DNA of 64,000 nt from Kiritimatiellia bacterium (GTDB lineage: Bacteria; Verrucomicrobiota; Kiritimatiellia; RFP12; UBA1067). Position 1 is the first letter of the stretch. Each line of letters opens with the position of its first letter. The stretch is from positions 192,001 to 256,000 of the forward strand of contig JBMNFY010000017.1 in the NCBI GenBank assembly GCA_050949565.1. The letters are read 5' to 3'. Positions 1 through 8,633 of this stretch are shown here, in pieces. A model generated the notes under the pieces. It worked only from the letters and a program-made list of their open reading frames with translations. It was not told the origin of the DNA and did no database searches. Position numbers and translations under genes: made by a program.

Positions 1-2581
1 CGTGCTGGTAACTGAGCGCCCCAGCACACTGGTTGTCGTCTCTGGTGGGATCGGAGTACACCAACGGGTCTTTAGCGGTCATCGAGAAGGGGCCGCCCCA
101 CCGGCCTGCGCCGCCGGTGCCGCTCCAACTTGTCCATTTCGAAACAAGGAACACGGTCGCGCGCGCATCGCGGTTCGTGTAGGCCGTGGTGACGAGTCCT
201 TGGCTACCGTTGAAGAAGAGCGTACCGCGGCCGTTGATGCCGTCCGCCACGTAGGTCGGCGGCATAGGCATGTAGCTACCCAGGCCCCTCACGTTGTCAA
301 ACGTACCGCCCGCCGTGCCGAGGTTCGGTACACTGCTCACCGCAGCGCCGTCCTCAAGACCAAGGCGCGAAGCATCGAACCACACGTCCGCCGTACCGCA
401 GAGGGCAGAGGCAAGATCGGTGGCATTGACAATCTGCGCCTCGTCATCCAGCACGATCTTCGCCCGAGGCGATACGTTAAGCTTCAGCTGATCGTCGAGG
501 TGTCCCTTCGGACCTAACGCCACCGTGCCGTCCTGAATATCGAACGTGCCGCGCGTGCCGACCGGACGTAGCAGCTTCAACGTGCCGCCGCCTGTCTTCA
601 CAAGCCCCGCGTAGTTGGGGTTCAGCGTGTTGGCGGACCATCCAAACTGGAGCATCGTATCCACCTCAAGCGTCGCGCCGTCCTTGACGTCGAACACCGT
701 CCTGCGCGTCCCGTGCGCGAGGTGGCATTGGTGCGCCTCAATGCGCGCGGGACGGCCGTCCACGGACGGTATCACCGTGATGGGACCGTTCAGACCGAAT
801 CCCTTCCACTTGGCTCCGCTTTCAAGCTCATGCGAATTGCTCCTGAGCTGGGCGTAATAAGCGAACATCCGTCCACCGCGCAACACCACGTTGCAGAGGG
901 GCGTGTGGGTATCCCGCTGAGAGATTTCGATTCTGCCCTCTTCATGCACTTCAAGCGTGAGCACATATTGGGCCGTGTGACCGCCGAACACATCGCCGTT
1001 ATACAGTTTGATGCGGCCTTCGTGGATCACCCAGGTCGTTCCCCTGAGATCCGCCAGCGGGGAGTAGAACTGGGTGTTCAGCCGCCACTCCCCCGCGCCC
1101 GTCTTCGTGACACGGGCACCGGCCGAGTAGAAGTAGTTGGAGTGGGTGCCGAATTGGATGCCCTCCGGCACGTTGAATGACGAAGCGTCCTTGAAGGTGA
1201 TGCGCGTGCGCCCTTGGTTGAAAGAGCCCGTGATGCCGAGCCCGGCACCGCCCAGCACCGTCACGCCTCCCGAACCGAAGCAGCTTTCCGCCGCGACGTT
1301 CACAAGGCCTTCTTGGATCGTGAGGGAATCATATCTCGTCTCGTTCCCGGTGGGCAGGACGAGCGTGCCGCTCCCCGTTTTGATGATATCCGTGTAGGGC
1401 CCCACACCCGGCGCCGCTTCCACGAGCGAGGTGATCTCCACCGTCTGGCCCGCAGCCACGTTGACCGTCACGTCGCCACCCGTCAGATAGAGAACGCCGT
1501 CGTTTAAGGGCGAACCGATCGTGCCTTGCTCGGCCACCGTCACCGTCACACCCGCCGCCACATCCGGGAACGCCGCCACGCCCGCCCCCGTTTTCGTGAT
1601 CGTGCCCGAACCCGACACCGGCGGACACGTAAACGTCACGCCCGGCATCACCTGAAGCGTCACGTTACCCGACACCACCAACGCCCCCGTCCCGAGCGCC
1701 CGCGCGTCGCCGATCACGATCGTGCCGCCTTCAATGTAGGTACCGCCCGTCCAGCCACCCGGCTTAAGGAAAACGAGTTCACCCGCCCCGCGCTTCGTGA
1801 GCCGATTCGGAACGCCTCCATTCGAAAAACCATTCGTGAGAGTGCCATCGATAATCAACCGCGCCCCCGCCTCCACGTTCATCACACAGTTCGTGCGGCC
1901 GCAGTGGCCAAGGAAGCCCCGAGTCATGAAATACATGTAACTGTCCGTCGCGCAGGCATGCGCCGTCACGCCGCCATCAAGCGAAGCGTCCGTCCACTGG
2001 TAGTCAACCATCCCATTGCGGCTCAGGAACGTCCCGCCCGTGAGTTCAACCGGACCTACCACGCCATGGGCGGTACCGTGGTCGTAGATGGCACCCTCGC
2101 GCACGTCGATCGTCACGTTCGTGTCCGCTGTGGTGTGCCCGCCCCAGAAGTCGCCGTTGTTGCACTGCCATTTGCCTTCCGCGATAATGAAGCGCGTCTG
2201 CACACCAGCCGCCCTGCCGAGCCCCTGCGCCCGGAGTGTCCCCGCGCCCTGCTTGACGAACGTGTGGCCCAAGAGGCCCTGCGCGAATTTCGCTCCGCTG
2301 CTGAAGAACACTTCCTTGCCTTCGGCCACTTCGATCACACCCGTGGCATTCAATCCGTCGCCGGCAATGGAATAGGATTTGGCACACGTCATGGAGGCAC
2401 CAAAAGCAACACCGCCGCCATTCATCATCACCACGTTCGTCACGGATCCAAGATCCGCTTCGGCCGTAACGTTCGTTACGAGTCCATCAAGCGTCAGAAT
2501 TCCATCGGTCACAGTTGCCGTACCTGCAACCAGTGCAGTGGTTGCACAAGCGGACATCATCGCGAGCAGGATTTTCTTCAT
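1..2581 (-). CDS. Secreted autotransporter-associated beta-strand repeat protein (3' end runs off the window)
   Basis: Not in the ORF track (no stop in window). Manual translation from ATG at 2581 (RBS GAGGAG) gives signal peptide MKKILLAMMSACATTALVAG, then repeated K-x-G-x-G-x-L motifs (FVKQGAGTL, LTKRGAGEL, ITKTGAGV, IIKTGSGTL) and GGTYIEGGTI. I translated about the first half by hand. Confidence 0.85.
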   Translation of the reverse strand, partial: MKKILLAMMSACATTALVAGTATVTDGILTLDGLVTNVTAEADLGSVTNVVMMNGGGVAFGASMTCAKSYSIAGDGLNATGVIEVAEGKEVFFSSGAKFAQGLLGHTFVKQGAGTLRAQGLGRAAGVQTRFIIAEGKWQCNNGDFWGGHTTADTNVTIDVREGAIYDHGTAHGVVGPVELTGGTFLSRNGMVDYQWTDASLDGGVTAHACATDSYMYFMTRGFLGHCGRTNCVMNVEAGARLIIDGTLTNGFSNGGVPNRLTKRGAGELVFLKPGGWTGGTYIEGGTIVIGDARALGTGALVVSGNVTLQVMPGVTFTCPPVSGSGTITKTGAGVAAFPDVAAGVTVTVAEQGTIGSPLNDGVLYLTGGDVTVNVAAGQTVEITSLVEAAPGVGPYTDIIKTGSGTLVLPTGNETRYDSLTIQEGLVNVAAESCFGSGGVTVLGGAGLGITGSFNQGRTRITFKDASSFNVPEGIQFGTHSNYFYSAGARVTKTGAGEWRLNTQFYSPLADLRGTTWVIHEGRIKLYNGDVFGGHTAQYVLTLEVHEEGRIEISQRDTHTPLCNVVLRGGRMFAYYAQLRSNSHELESGAKWKGFGLNGPITVIPSVDGRPARIEAHQCHLAHGTRRTVFDVKDGATLEVDTMLQFGWSANTLNPNYAGLVKTGGGTLKLLRPVGTRGTFDIQDGTVALGPKGHLDDQLKLNVSPRAKIVLDDEAQIVNATDLASALCGTADVWFDASRLGLEDGAAVSSVPNLGTAGGTFDNVRGLGSYMPMPPTYVADGINGRGTLFFNGSQGLVTTAYTNRDARATVFLVSKWTSWSGTGGAGRWGGPFSMTAKDPLVYSDPTRDDNQCAGALSYQH

Positions 2582-2736
2582 AGCAAGCACTCCTCTAAGG
2601 TCTTTCAGGGACATCTTAACATGCATCCTCTTCAACCTTCAACGAAAATACCCAAAAAAACGTGTGAATCTGCTTGCGGATACCCGTGCCACCCGATAAG
2701 ATTGTACTTTTTTTAACGGAAAGCAGAAAACATCAG

Positions 2737-3105
2737 ATGCGAACAGTAGCCTGTCCCACCAAAACGTCTTGCCATCTACACACGACACTTAAGATACGCT
2801 TGATCTTGTTGCGCGGTGTGATGCGTCGTTTTTTCCTGAACGTTTTCAACCCGCGTTATGTTCGCGAAAGCTTGGCGTTGCGGCAAGGCGAGTGCCGTCG
2901 CTGCGGCGTCTGCTGCCATCTGACCGCCAGCACCTGCGGCGCTCTGCGCTCTGATAAGGACGGGCACTCCTCATGCCGCCTTTACAAACTTTACAGGCTG
3001 CCGAACTGCTGCACCTTTCCGATCGACGCGCGCGACCTCGCCGACCGCAACCTCGTCGCGCCGGACATCCCCTGCGGTTATTTTTGGCCTTCCCTTGAAC
3101 GTTGA
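2737..3105 (+). CDS. Small Cys-rich putative Zn/Fe-S cluster protein (YkgJ-like CxxCxxCC motif)
   Basis: GECRRCGVCC...C...SCRLY..RLPNCCTFP...CGY. Start uncertain (2737 or 2821). Confidence 0.6.
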   Translation: MRTVACPTKTSCHLHTTLKIRLILLRGVMRRFFLNVFNPRYVRESLALRQGECRRCGVCCHLTASTCGALRSDKDGHSSCRLYKLYRLPNCCTFPIDARDLADRNLVAPDIPCGYFWPSLER

Positions 3106-3117
3106 GCGTTGAACGTT
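3095..3117. repeat. Heptamer tandem repeat (TTGAACG/TTGAGCG)
   Basis: ttgaacg ttgagcg ttgaacg tt between convergent genes. A related array occurs at 25825-25861. Confidence 0.6.
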
Positions 3118-3118
3118 C

Positions 3119-6112
3119 TCACATCGAGAGCGGTACGCGGAAAGTCACACAGGTTCCGCGACCGGGCGCGCTCTGGATGTCGAGCGTCCCGCCAGCTTCT
3201 TTCATGCGCCGCGCCATATTCCCGAGACCGTCATGCCCGACACCGCCCGGCTGGGAAGGGTCGAAGCCGACACCGTCATCCTCGACCCGCGCCTCCAGGA
3301 TATCGCCATCAAGGCGCAACGCGATGCGCACCTGCTTGGCTGATGCGTGCTTGAGCACATTTCCAACGGCCTCGCGTACCGCCAACAACAGGTGGTGGCG
3401 CGTCTTGGAAGCGATGGGACGTTCGACCAACTCTGCCGGACGCGTGAAATGAAAACGCAGGCCGGAATTACCTAGAAAATACTCGGTGTATTGCTCGAAA
3501 TAACTGATGAACGGCTCCCATCCGTCATTGGCCGGATTCACCGCCCAGACGGTCTCGTCCACGTTGCGCGCCAATTCATTGGCCACTTCGTAGATCTGAT
3601 CGAGCCGCTTGTGGACGGTCCCGTTTTCCACGTCGTTGTGCGCCAGTTCACTCAGCGTGGCCACGACCGAAAGACCGTTGCCCAGTTCATCATGAATGTC
3701 CCGCGAAATGCGTGCACGTTCCAACGCCAACGCCTCCTCGCGCTTGAGCAACGCCATCTGCAACTGATACCGGTGCCAGAGTATCCAGCGGGCAATCAGA
3801 AAGACCACGACCGCCAATCCGGTGGAGAGCAACAGATAGAACCACACCGTCTGCCAGAAATAGGCGCGCACCGTAAAGGGCTGAGAGATGCCGTCCAGAT
3901 TCCAGATGCCGCCAGCCTCTGCCACAACCTGCAACACATAATCGCCGGGCGGCAACCACTCGAAAACCGCTGTGCTTTCCGCCTGTACCGGCGACCAGCC
4001 TTGCCGCACGCCATCGACCCTATACCGGAAACGCACGGAGTCGGATTCGCCCGGTGCCAGTGCGGCGAATTTAAAAACAATGTTGCGCGCGCCCGGTGCC
4101 AACATCAGCGCGCGCGGATGGGACACCGCATTGTCAAAGATCGGTTGTCCGTTGACGCTCACGCCCTCCAGCGCCACGACCGGCGGCCGTCCGGAAAAAT
4201 CGATCTTGGCCGGGTCCACCACCGCAACACCATTTTCAAACGGGAACCAGATGCTGCTACGACGCGGCCCGCCGAGCGAAGCCGCACCACCCATGCAGCG
4301 CTTGCCCAGCAAGCCGTCCGAACTCCCCAGATGCAACATGCGCACTGCGATCGCCTGATCGCTCGCGGTCGTTCGCGCCAACCGCACAAGGTCTTCGAGG
4401 TACACGCAGAGCAACCCCTGGGTGGTGCCGAGCCAGAGACGGCCAAACGCATCCTCTGTGATCTGCAGCACGGCGTCATTGAAGCCACCCGCATGCCGCC
4501 CGATCGCAATCACAGCGTCACGCGCCACCAGAAACAGGCCGGCGGTGGTTCCGACCCAAAGATTGCCGGTCGTGTCGCGCATGACCACACGCGGATAACC
4601 GGCCAGCCCGGCCTCCTGACCGATCACCAGTTTGCCGCCGTCCGGAGCGATGCGCAGCAGGCCGAGCCGTTCACTGCAAAGCCAGAGCGCCCCGTCTGGA
4701 TCGCGATGCAAACCATGTACCGGCTCCGACACATGCGAACCGTAGACCACGGCTGTCTCCAACTCGCCGCTGACGGAGACGCGCATCAGCCCCTGCGGCG
4801 TGCCGGCCAGGATGCCCAGCGCGGCATCCTCAAACAGCGTGTATACCGTGTGTACCACCGGCATGCTGTAATCGCTCTGCGTGACCAGCGTCAGCGCCCC
4901 GTCGCGATACATAAAGAGTCCACCGCCCAACGTGCCCATCCAGACGCGCCCCGCCGTGTCCTGCAGTAACGCGCTCACCGGCACGTCAGCATCCAAGTAG
5001 AGTGTCTGCAACAAACGGCCTTCCTTACCGGTCAACCGTACCGCACGCCCCTTGTACCCCACCCACACGCTGTCATCCGCCATGCGGCGCAAGGCATAGG
5101 CGGTACCCGCCGTGGCGCGCCCTTCTGCGACAAGCGTACCGACGCTCTTCTTGCGGATGCGCAGCAACCCGCCGTCGCAAGCCGCCCAGATAGTGCCGTC
5201 GCGATCCTCGATCAGCGTGTTGACAGATAGGCTGCCCGGCGTGTCCTGCTCTTCGATCCGCTCCCAGCGCCCCGCCTCCCAGCGGAACATGCCAGTCGGA
5301 TTGCCGATCCACAGCCCGCCGTCCGAAACCTCCAGCATCACAGTGGCCATGCCCGCGTTTTCGGGAAAACCGATCGGCGTCCAGATGTTCTTCTCGCGGT
5401 ATGCCACCCCGTTGGGGCCGTAGACCCAGAGGCGACCCGAACGCCCCGCATGCACGCCATCGGCCGCCTCGACCAAGAAGTCGGGCAGGCGCATGCTCTG
5501 ATCGTCAAACCGTCCGTCACGGTATTCGACAAGCCCGTTCCACGCGGTCATCCAGATGCTGCCCGACTGATCCGAAGCGGCGCCGGTCACCGCGCCCAGC
5601 GTCGCGCGGTCATCCGGCGGCACCGGACAACGTTTGACGACAAACTGCGTGGTCACGTCGTCTGCTGCCGTTACCGCCTCAAGCAGACCGCGCTCAGCCA
5701 CGGCACGTATCACGCCATCCGGCGTCTCGACCATGCCCAGTATGTTTCCGACGGTTCCGGGCAGCGCCGCGGCCGACCAGACCTGCCACTCGCCAGTCAG
5801 ATAACGCGCCACGCCATTCTCGCCGTAGACCCACACGCCCTGCGCCTGTCCGCAAAAGACACCGGCCAACTCGCCCGTCTTTTCGCGCACGGCGACCGGT
5901 ACCGGCACGTCATAAAACTCAACGCCGTTGAAGCGGATCAACTGCACATGCGTCGCTAACCACAGGTAACCGTCCTCGGCCTGTGCCAGCCCCACGACCG
6001 GACTGCCCGGCAGTCGGTCCTCCACCGTCCACAGCTTGAGGGCATACGCCGTCGTCACGGCAGGCGCGGCCCGCAGAAGGCCCACCGCCAGCAACGCGGT
6101 CGCCAACACCAT
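3119..6112 (-). CDS. Sensor histidine kinase: beta-propeller (Reg_prop) + Y_Y_Y periplasmic sensor, TM helix, HisKA_3, HATPase_c
   Basis: Repeated D..G.lW.gt..GL blades, FRYRVDG, FWQTVWF TM segment, ERARISRDIHDELG, EAVGNVLKHA, DDGVGFD, GLGNM. Start moved to 6112 because the upstream ORF extension runs through repeat DNA. Confidence 0.9.
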   Translation of the reverse strand: MVLATALLAVGLLRAAPAVTTAYALKLWTVEDRLPGSPVVGLAQAEDGYLWLATHVQLIRFNGVEFYDVPVPVAVREKTGELAGVFCGQAQGVWVYGENGVARYLTGEWQVWSAAALPGTVGNILGMVETPDGVIRAVAERGLLEAVTAADDVTTQFVVKRCPVPPDDRATLGAVTGAASDQSGSIWMTAWNGLVEYRDGRFDDQSMRLPDFLVEAADGVHAGRSGRLWVYGPNGVAYREKNIWTPIGFPENAGMATVMLEVSDGGLWIGNPTGMFRWEAGRWERIEEQDTPGSLSVNTLIEDRDGTIWAACDGGLLRIRKKSVGTLVAEGRATAGTAYALRRMADDSVWVGYKGRAVRLTGKEGRLLQTLYLDADVPVSALLQDTAGRVWMGTLGGGLFMYRDGALTLVTQSDYSMPVVHTVYTLFEDAALGILAGTPQGLMRVSVSGELETAVVYGSHVSEPVHGLHRDPDGALWLCSERLGLLRIAPDGGKLVIGQEAGLAGYPRVVMRDTTGNLWVGTTAGLFLVARDAVIAIGRHAGGFNDAVLQITEDAFGRLWLGTTQGLLCVYLEDLVRLARTTASDQAIAVRMLHLGSSDGLLGKRCMGGAASLGGPRRSSIWFPFENGVAVVDPAKIDFSGRPPVVALEGVSVNGQPIFDNAVSHPRALMLAPGARNIVFKFAALAPGESDSVRFRYRVDGVRQGWSPVQAESTAVFEWLPPGDYVLQVVAEAGGIWNLDGISQPFTVRAYFWQTVWFYLLLSTGLAVVVFLIARWILWHRYQLQMALLKREEALALERARISRDIHDELGNGLSVVATLSELAHNDVENGTVHKRLDQIYEVANELARNVDETVWAVNPANDGWEPFISYFEQYTEYFLGNSGLRFHFTRPAELVERPIASKTRHHLLLAVREAVGNVLKHASAKQVRIALRLDGDILEARVEDDGVGFDPSQPGGVGHDGLGNMARRMKEAGGTLDIQSAPGRGTCVTFRVPLSM

Positions 6113-6136
6113 GCGGCGGCACCAATGCCGCCCTCC

Positions 6137-6420
6137 AATCCTGTCAATCACGTCAATCACGTCAATCCTGTCAAAAATTGGTGTGCGGTGACAAGAGCCG
6201 CACTGTGCGCGGACGGCGGCTCGTGAGGACACTCGCCCTCCAGTGCTATGTCTGGGCTCGCGGAACGCCGGGAGGGACAAGTGTCACTTGTCCGCGGACG
6301 AGCAGACGCTCGTCCCTCCCCAGCGGTGGCCACGCCGCCACCCCGTAAAAAATCTCTGCGTCTCCGCGCCTCTGCGTTAAAAAACTCTCAACTCTCAACG
6401 CTCAACTCCCAACGCTCAAC
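6137..6420. repeat. Mosaic intergenic repeat island (9-mer arrays, REP-like hairpins, 7-mer array)
   Basis: aatcctgtc/aatcacgtc x4 (6137-6172); GGAGGG-type hairpin pair (about 6270-6320); ctctgcgtctccgcgcctctgcgtt (about 6354-6378); ctctcaa/cgctcaa x5 (about 6385-6419). Confidence 0.75.
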
Positions 6421-7440
6421 TTTTTGCGGGCGGGAACGCCCACCTCCGGCTGCAACCCGCGCAACGCCTCATCCGGCACAAACCCCGGGAACGCGGCGAA
6501 CGCCGCATCCACCACGCGCCGATACTCATGCACCGTGCGGCACACGCGCACGCCCTTCCAGAGCCGCTCACCGCCGACCAGCGCTTGATGCAGATAACTC
6601 CACAGTTCCTTCATGCGCCCCAGTACCGCGGCCGGTCCGTAAAGCTCCTCCTCGCACGCGGCCAGATAGTCATCCAGAAAACCTTTGAGCCGCATCGCAT
6701 CACGCGGCGGCGGCGTGTCCGTCGTCAGACGCGCAAAGACAAAGGGATCGATCGCCGCAGCGCGTCCGACCATCCAGCGCGTGATCTGCGGGAAGCGCGC
6801 TTTAAGCTGCAGGAAATCCGCGCGCGTGCGCAGATCGCCATTGTAGACCACGGGATGGCGACATGTGGCGAGCGCTGCGGCGAACGCCTCCACATCCACC
6901 GTCCCCTCATACATCTGCCGCGCGGTGCGCGCGTGGATCGTGACCTCCCGCAACGGGAAAGCCATTGATCACCGCCATACGCGCCAACAACAAGTCAGGA
7001 CGGTCAATGCCCAGCCGCACCTTCACTGAAAAGCCCTGCGGCAGTTCCTCGCAGCCGACCTCCAGCATACGCGAAAAAGCCGCTTCATCCCGCATCAAAC
7101 CGGCACCGCGCCCTTTGCGGACAATGAACGGATACGGGCACCCGGCATTGAGATCGGCGCGGGTATATCCCATCGCCTTAAACGCCCGCAATAGCGTACG
7201 CAACTGATCGGGATCTTTACCGATGACCTGCGGCACAACCGGCACGGACTGTCCTAATTCGGGATCGACATCCTTCAGCAGCAGCGGCTTGATTTTCGCG
7301 CCCGCGAAAGTCGGAATGAACGGCGCCACCGCACAGTCAGGCGGCGTAAACCAAGACGCCTGCAGATTGCGAAACGTCCTGACCGTGACCCCGCGCAGCG
7401 GTGCCAAGCAAAAGATATCGGGCTGTACAAGGTCAGACAT
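6402..7440 (-). CDS. dus: tRNA-dihydrouridine synthase family protein, split by a +1 frameshift near 6960
   Basis: N-half: LAPLRGVT, PQVIG, DLNAGCP, KGRGAGL, SVKVRLG. C-half in another frame: TIHART..QMYEG, YNGDL, MVGRAA. Confidence 0.85.
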
Positions 7441-7510
7441 GGGGTCAGCATATCAAACCGACCGCAGGGAACCAAGGCTGCAGCGCAAACGGCCGCTGGC
7501 CGTTGCGCTG

Positions 7511-7538
7511 AGTTAGGATTTAGGATTTAGGAGTTAGG
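7511..7538. repeat. Heptamer tandem repeat (A[G/T]TTAGG)x4
   Basis: agttagg atttagg atttagg agttagg. The same array recurs at about 32701-32735. Confidence 0.7.
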
Positions 7539-7550
7539 TGCATTGTCCGG

Positions 7551-7578
7551 ACGGACGTGAACGTCCGTGGCCCGCCAC
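7551..7578 (-). repeat. REP-like hairpin downstream of the RAYT gene
   Basis: Minus strand GTGGCGGGCCACGGACG-TTCA-CGTCCGT: GTGG tetranucleotide followed by a 7-bp stem. Confidence 0.75.
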
Positions 7579-7617
7579 GCCAACGCTTGACGGAGTGGGT
7601 TGTATACAGTTCGCGTT

Positions 7618-8538
7618 TCAGTTTGAGCCGGAGGCACGCGGCGATGTTAAAGCAATGGCTTGAGCCCAGCGGTTGTTGCACAAGCAGTTCTCGCGGCGCG
7701 GTACCGCCTCCTCTGTATCGGGGAAGCCACTGAGTGCAAGCGTCAGGCCGGATGCGAGCCGTTCTGCCGCCGCGTGACCATGTGGCTTGTAACGCGACAG
7801 CCCCCACGGGTGCAGGTAGATAAGCCGACTGCGGGAGATCGCCGCTGCTTCGCGCGCCACCCGACGCTCGCCCGGCGAAATGAAACCGCCGATCAGCACT
7901 GCGCCCTCGCGAGCCAGCTCAAGAAACCGCGCAACCACCGCCTCCAGTTCTTCGCCTTCCAGCCGTCGGGAGATGATGACCGGCTCCAGCCAAGGGTAGT
8001 CTAACAGGGTGCGGTCGCCGTAGGCCGTCCACCGTGTTTCAGGTGGCAGACGCGGATGGACGACATCCGTTTGCTTGGCGAACCACTGCGGATTATCTTG
8101 CCGGAGTTGCCAGCGGCGCGGATTGTCACGCACGTAGTCGGCAAAGACGTTGAATGTCGCGGAAGTGAAGGCGACAAAGTCATGAAAGCCGGCCTCCCAT
8201 ACGCTGAGTGCCGGTGCGTTTTTCAGTCGCCGGATGGCCTGGCGGGAGCGGGCCTTCATCCGTTCGACGATCTGCGAAAGCGAGTAACGGGCACCGCCTT
8301 TGCAAACCAAGATGCCGTGAAAGTGGTCGGGCATCACCACGTTTATACGGAGGCTATAAGCTGGATCGTCAGCGGGTATGCGCTGCCACGCCTCTACCAC
8401 CGCCCGGCCTTCTGGGAAAAGCTGGATACGCCCATCTCGAATTTCTGACAGCAGCGCACGGCGCGGCGCAGTGGCAAACGTGATAAAGTAGTAGCCTTCA
8501 CCACGGTAGCCATGGGTTTTGAGGCGGGCAAAGTGCAT
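7618..8538 (-). CDS. REP-associated tyrosine transposase (RAYT, Y1 HUH family) with C-terminal DprA/SLOG-like Rossmann domain
   Basis: YYFITFAT, HUH motif VMPDHFHGIL, WEAGFHD, catalytic Tyr in DYVRDNP. C-terminal ~130 aa contains GDRTLL, ISRR, AVLIGGFISPGER and R.NC...N, which resemble DprA-like domains. Confidence 0.8.
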   Translation of the reverse strand: MHFARLKTHGYRGEGYYFITFATAPRRALLSEIRDGRIQLFPEGRAVVEAWQRIPADDPAYSLRINVVMPDHFHGILVCKGGARYSLSQIVERMKARSRQAIRRLKNAPALSVWEAGFHDFVAFTSATFNVFADYVRDNPRRWQLRQDNPQWFAKQTDVVHPRLPPETRWTAYGDRTLLDYPWLEPVIISRRLEGEELEAVVARFLELAREGAVLIGGFISPGERRVAREAAAISRSRLIYLHPWGLSRYKPHGHAAAERLASGLTLALSGFPDTEEAVPRRENCLCNNRWAQAIALTSPRASGSN

Positions 8539-8554
8539 GGTTTCGGCTCCTGTT

Positions 8555-8581
8555 CAGACGTGAACGTCTGTGTTCCGCTAC
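8555..8581 (-). repeat. REP-like hairpin upstream of the RAYT gene
   Basis: Minus strand GTAGCGGAACACAGACG-TTCA-CGTCTG: GTAG plus the same loop as the 7551 copy, with a compensatory stem change. Confidence 0.75.
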
Positions 8582-8633
8582 ATAAAGGGCTCAGTTTGGC
8601 GTCGCGGATCGTGGCGGCTCACCGCCGCCATCT

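Noticed and set aside
1526-2716. 396-aa Arg/His-rich plus-strand ORF and other plus ORFs in 1-2700
   Set aside because: Shadows of the minus-strand repeat protein.
6113-6280. N-terminal extension of the histidine kinase (IDVIDVIDRI)
   Set aside because: It is the translation of the 9-mer repeat island, not protein-like sequence.
7511-7538. Telomere-like TTAGG repeat
   Set aside because: Period-7 degenerate array of the same class as the other intergenic heptamers; internal location.
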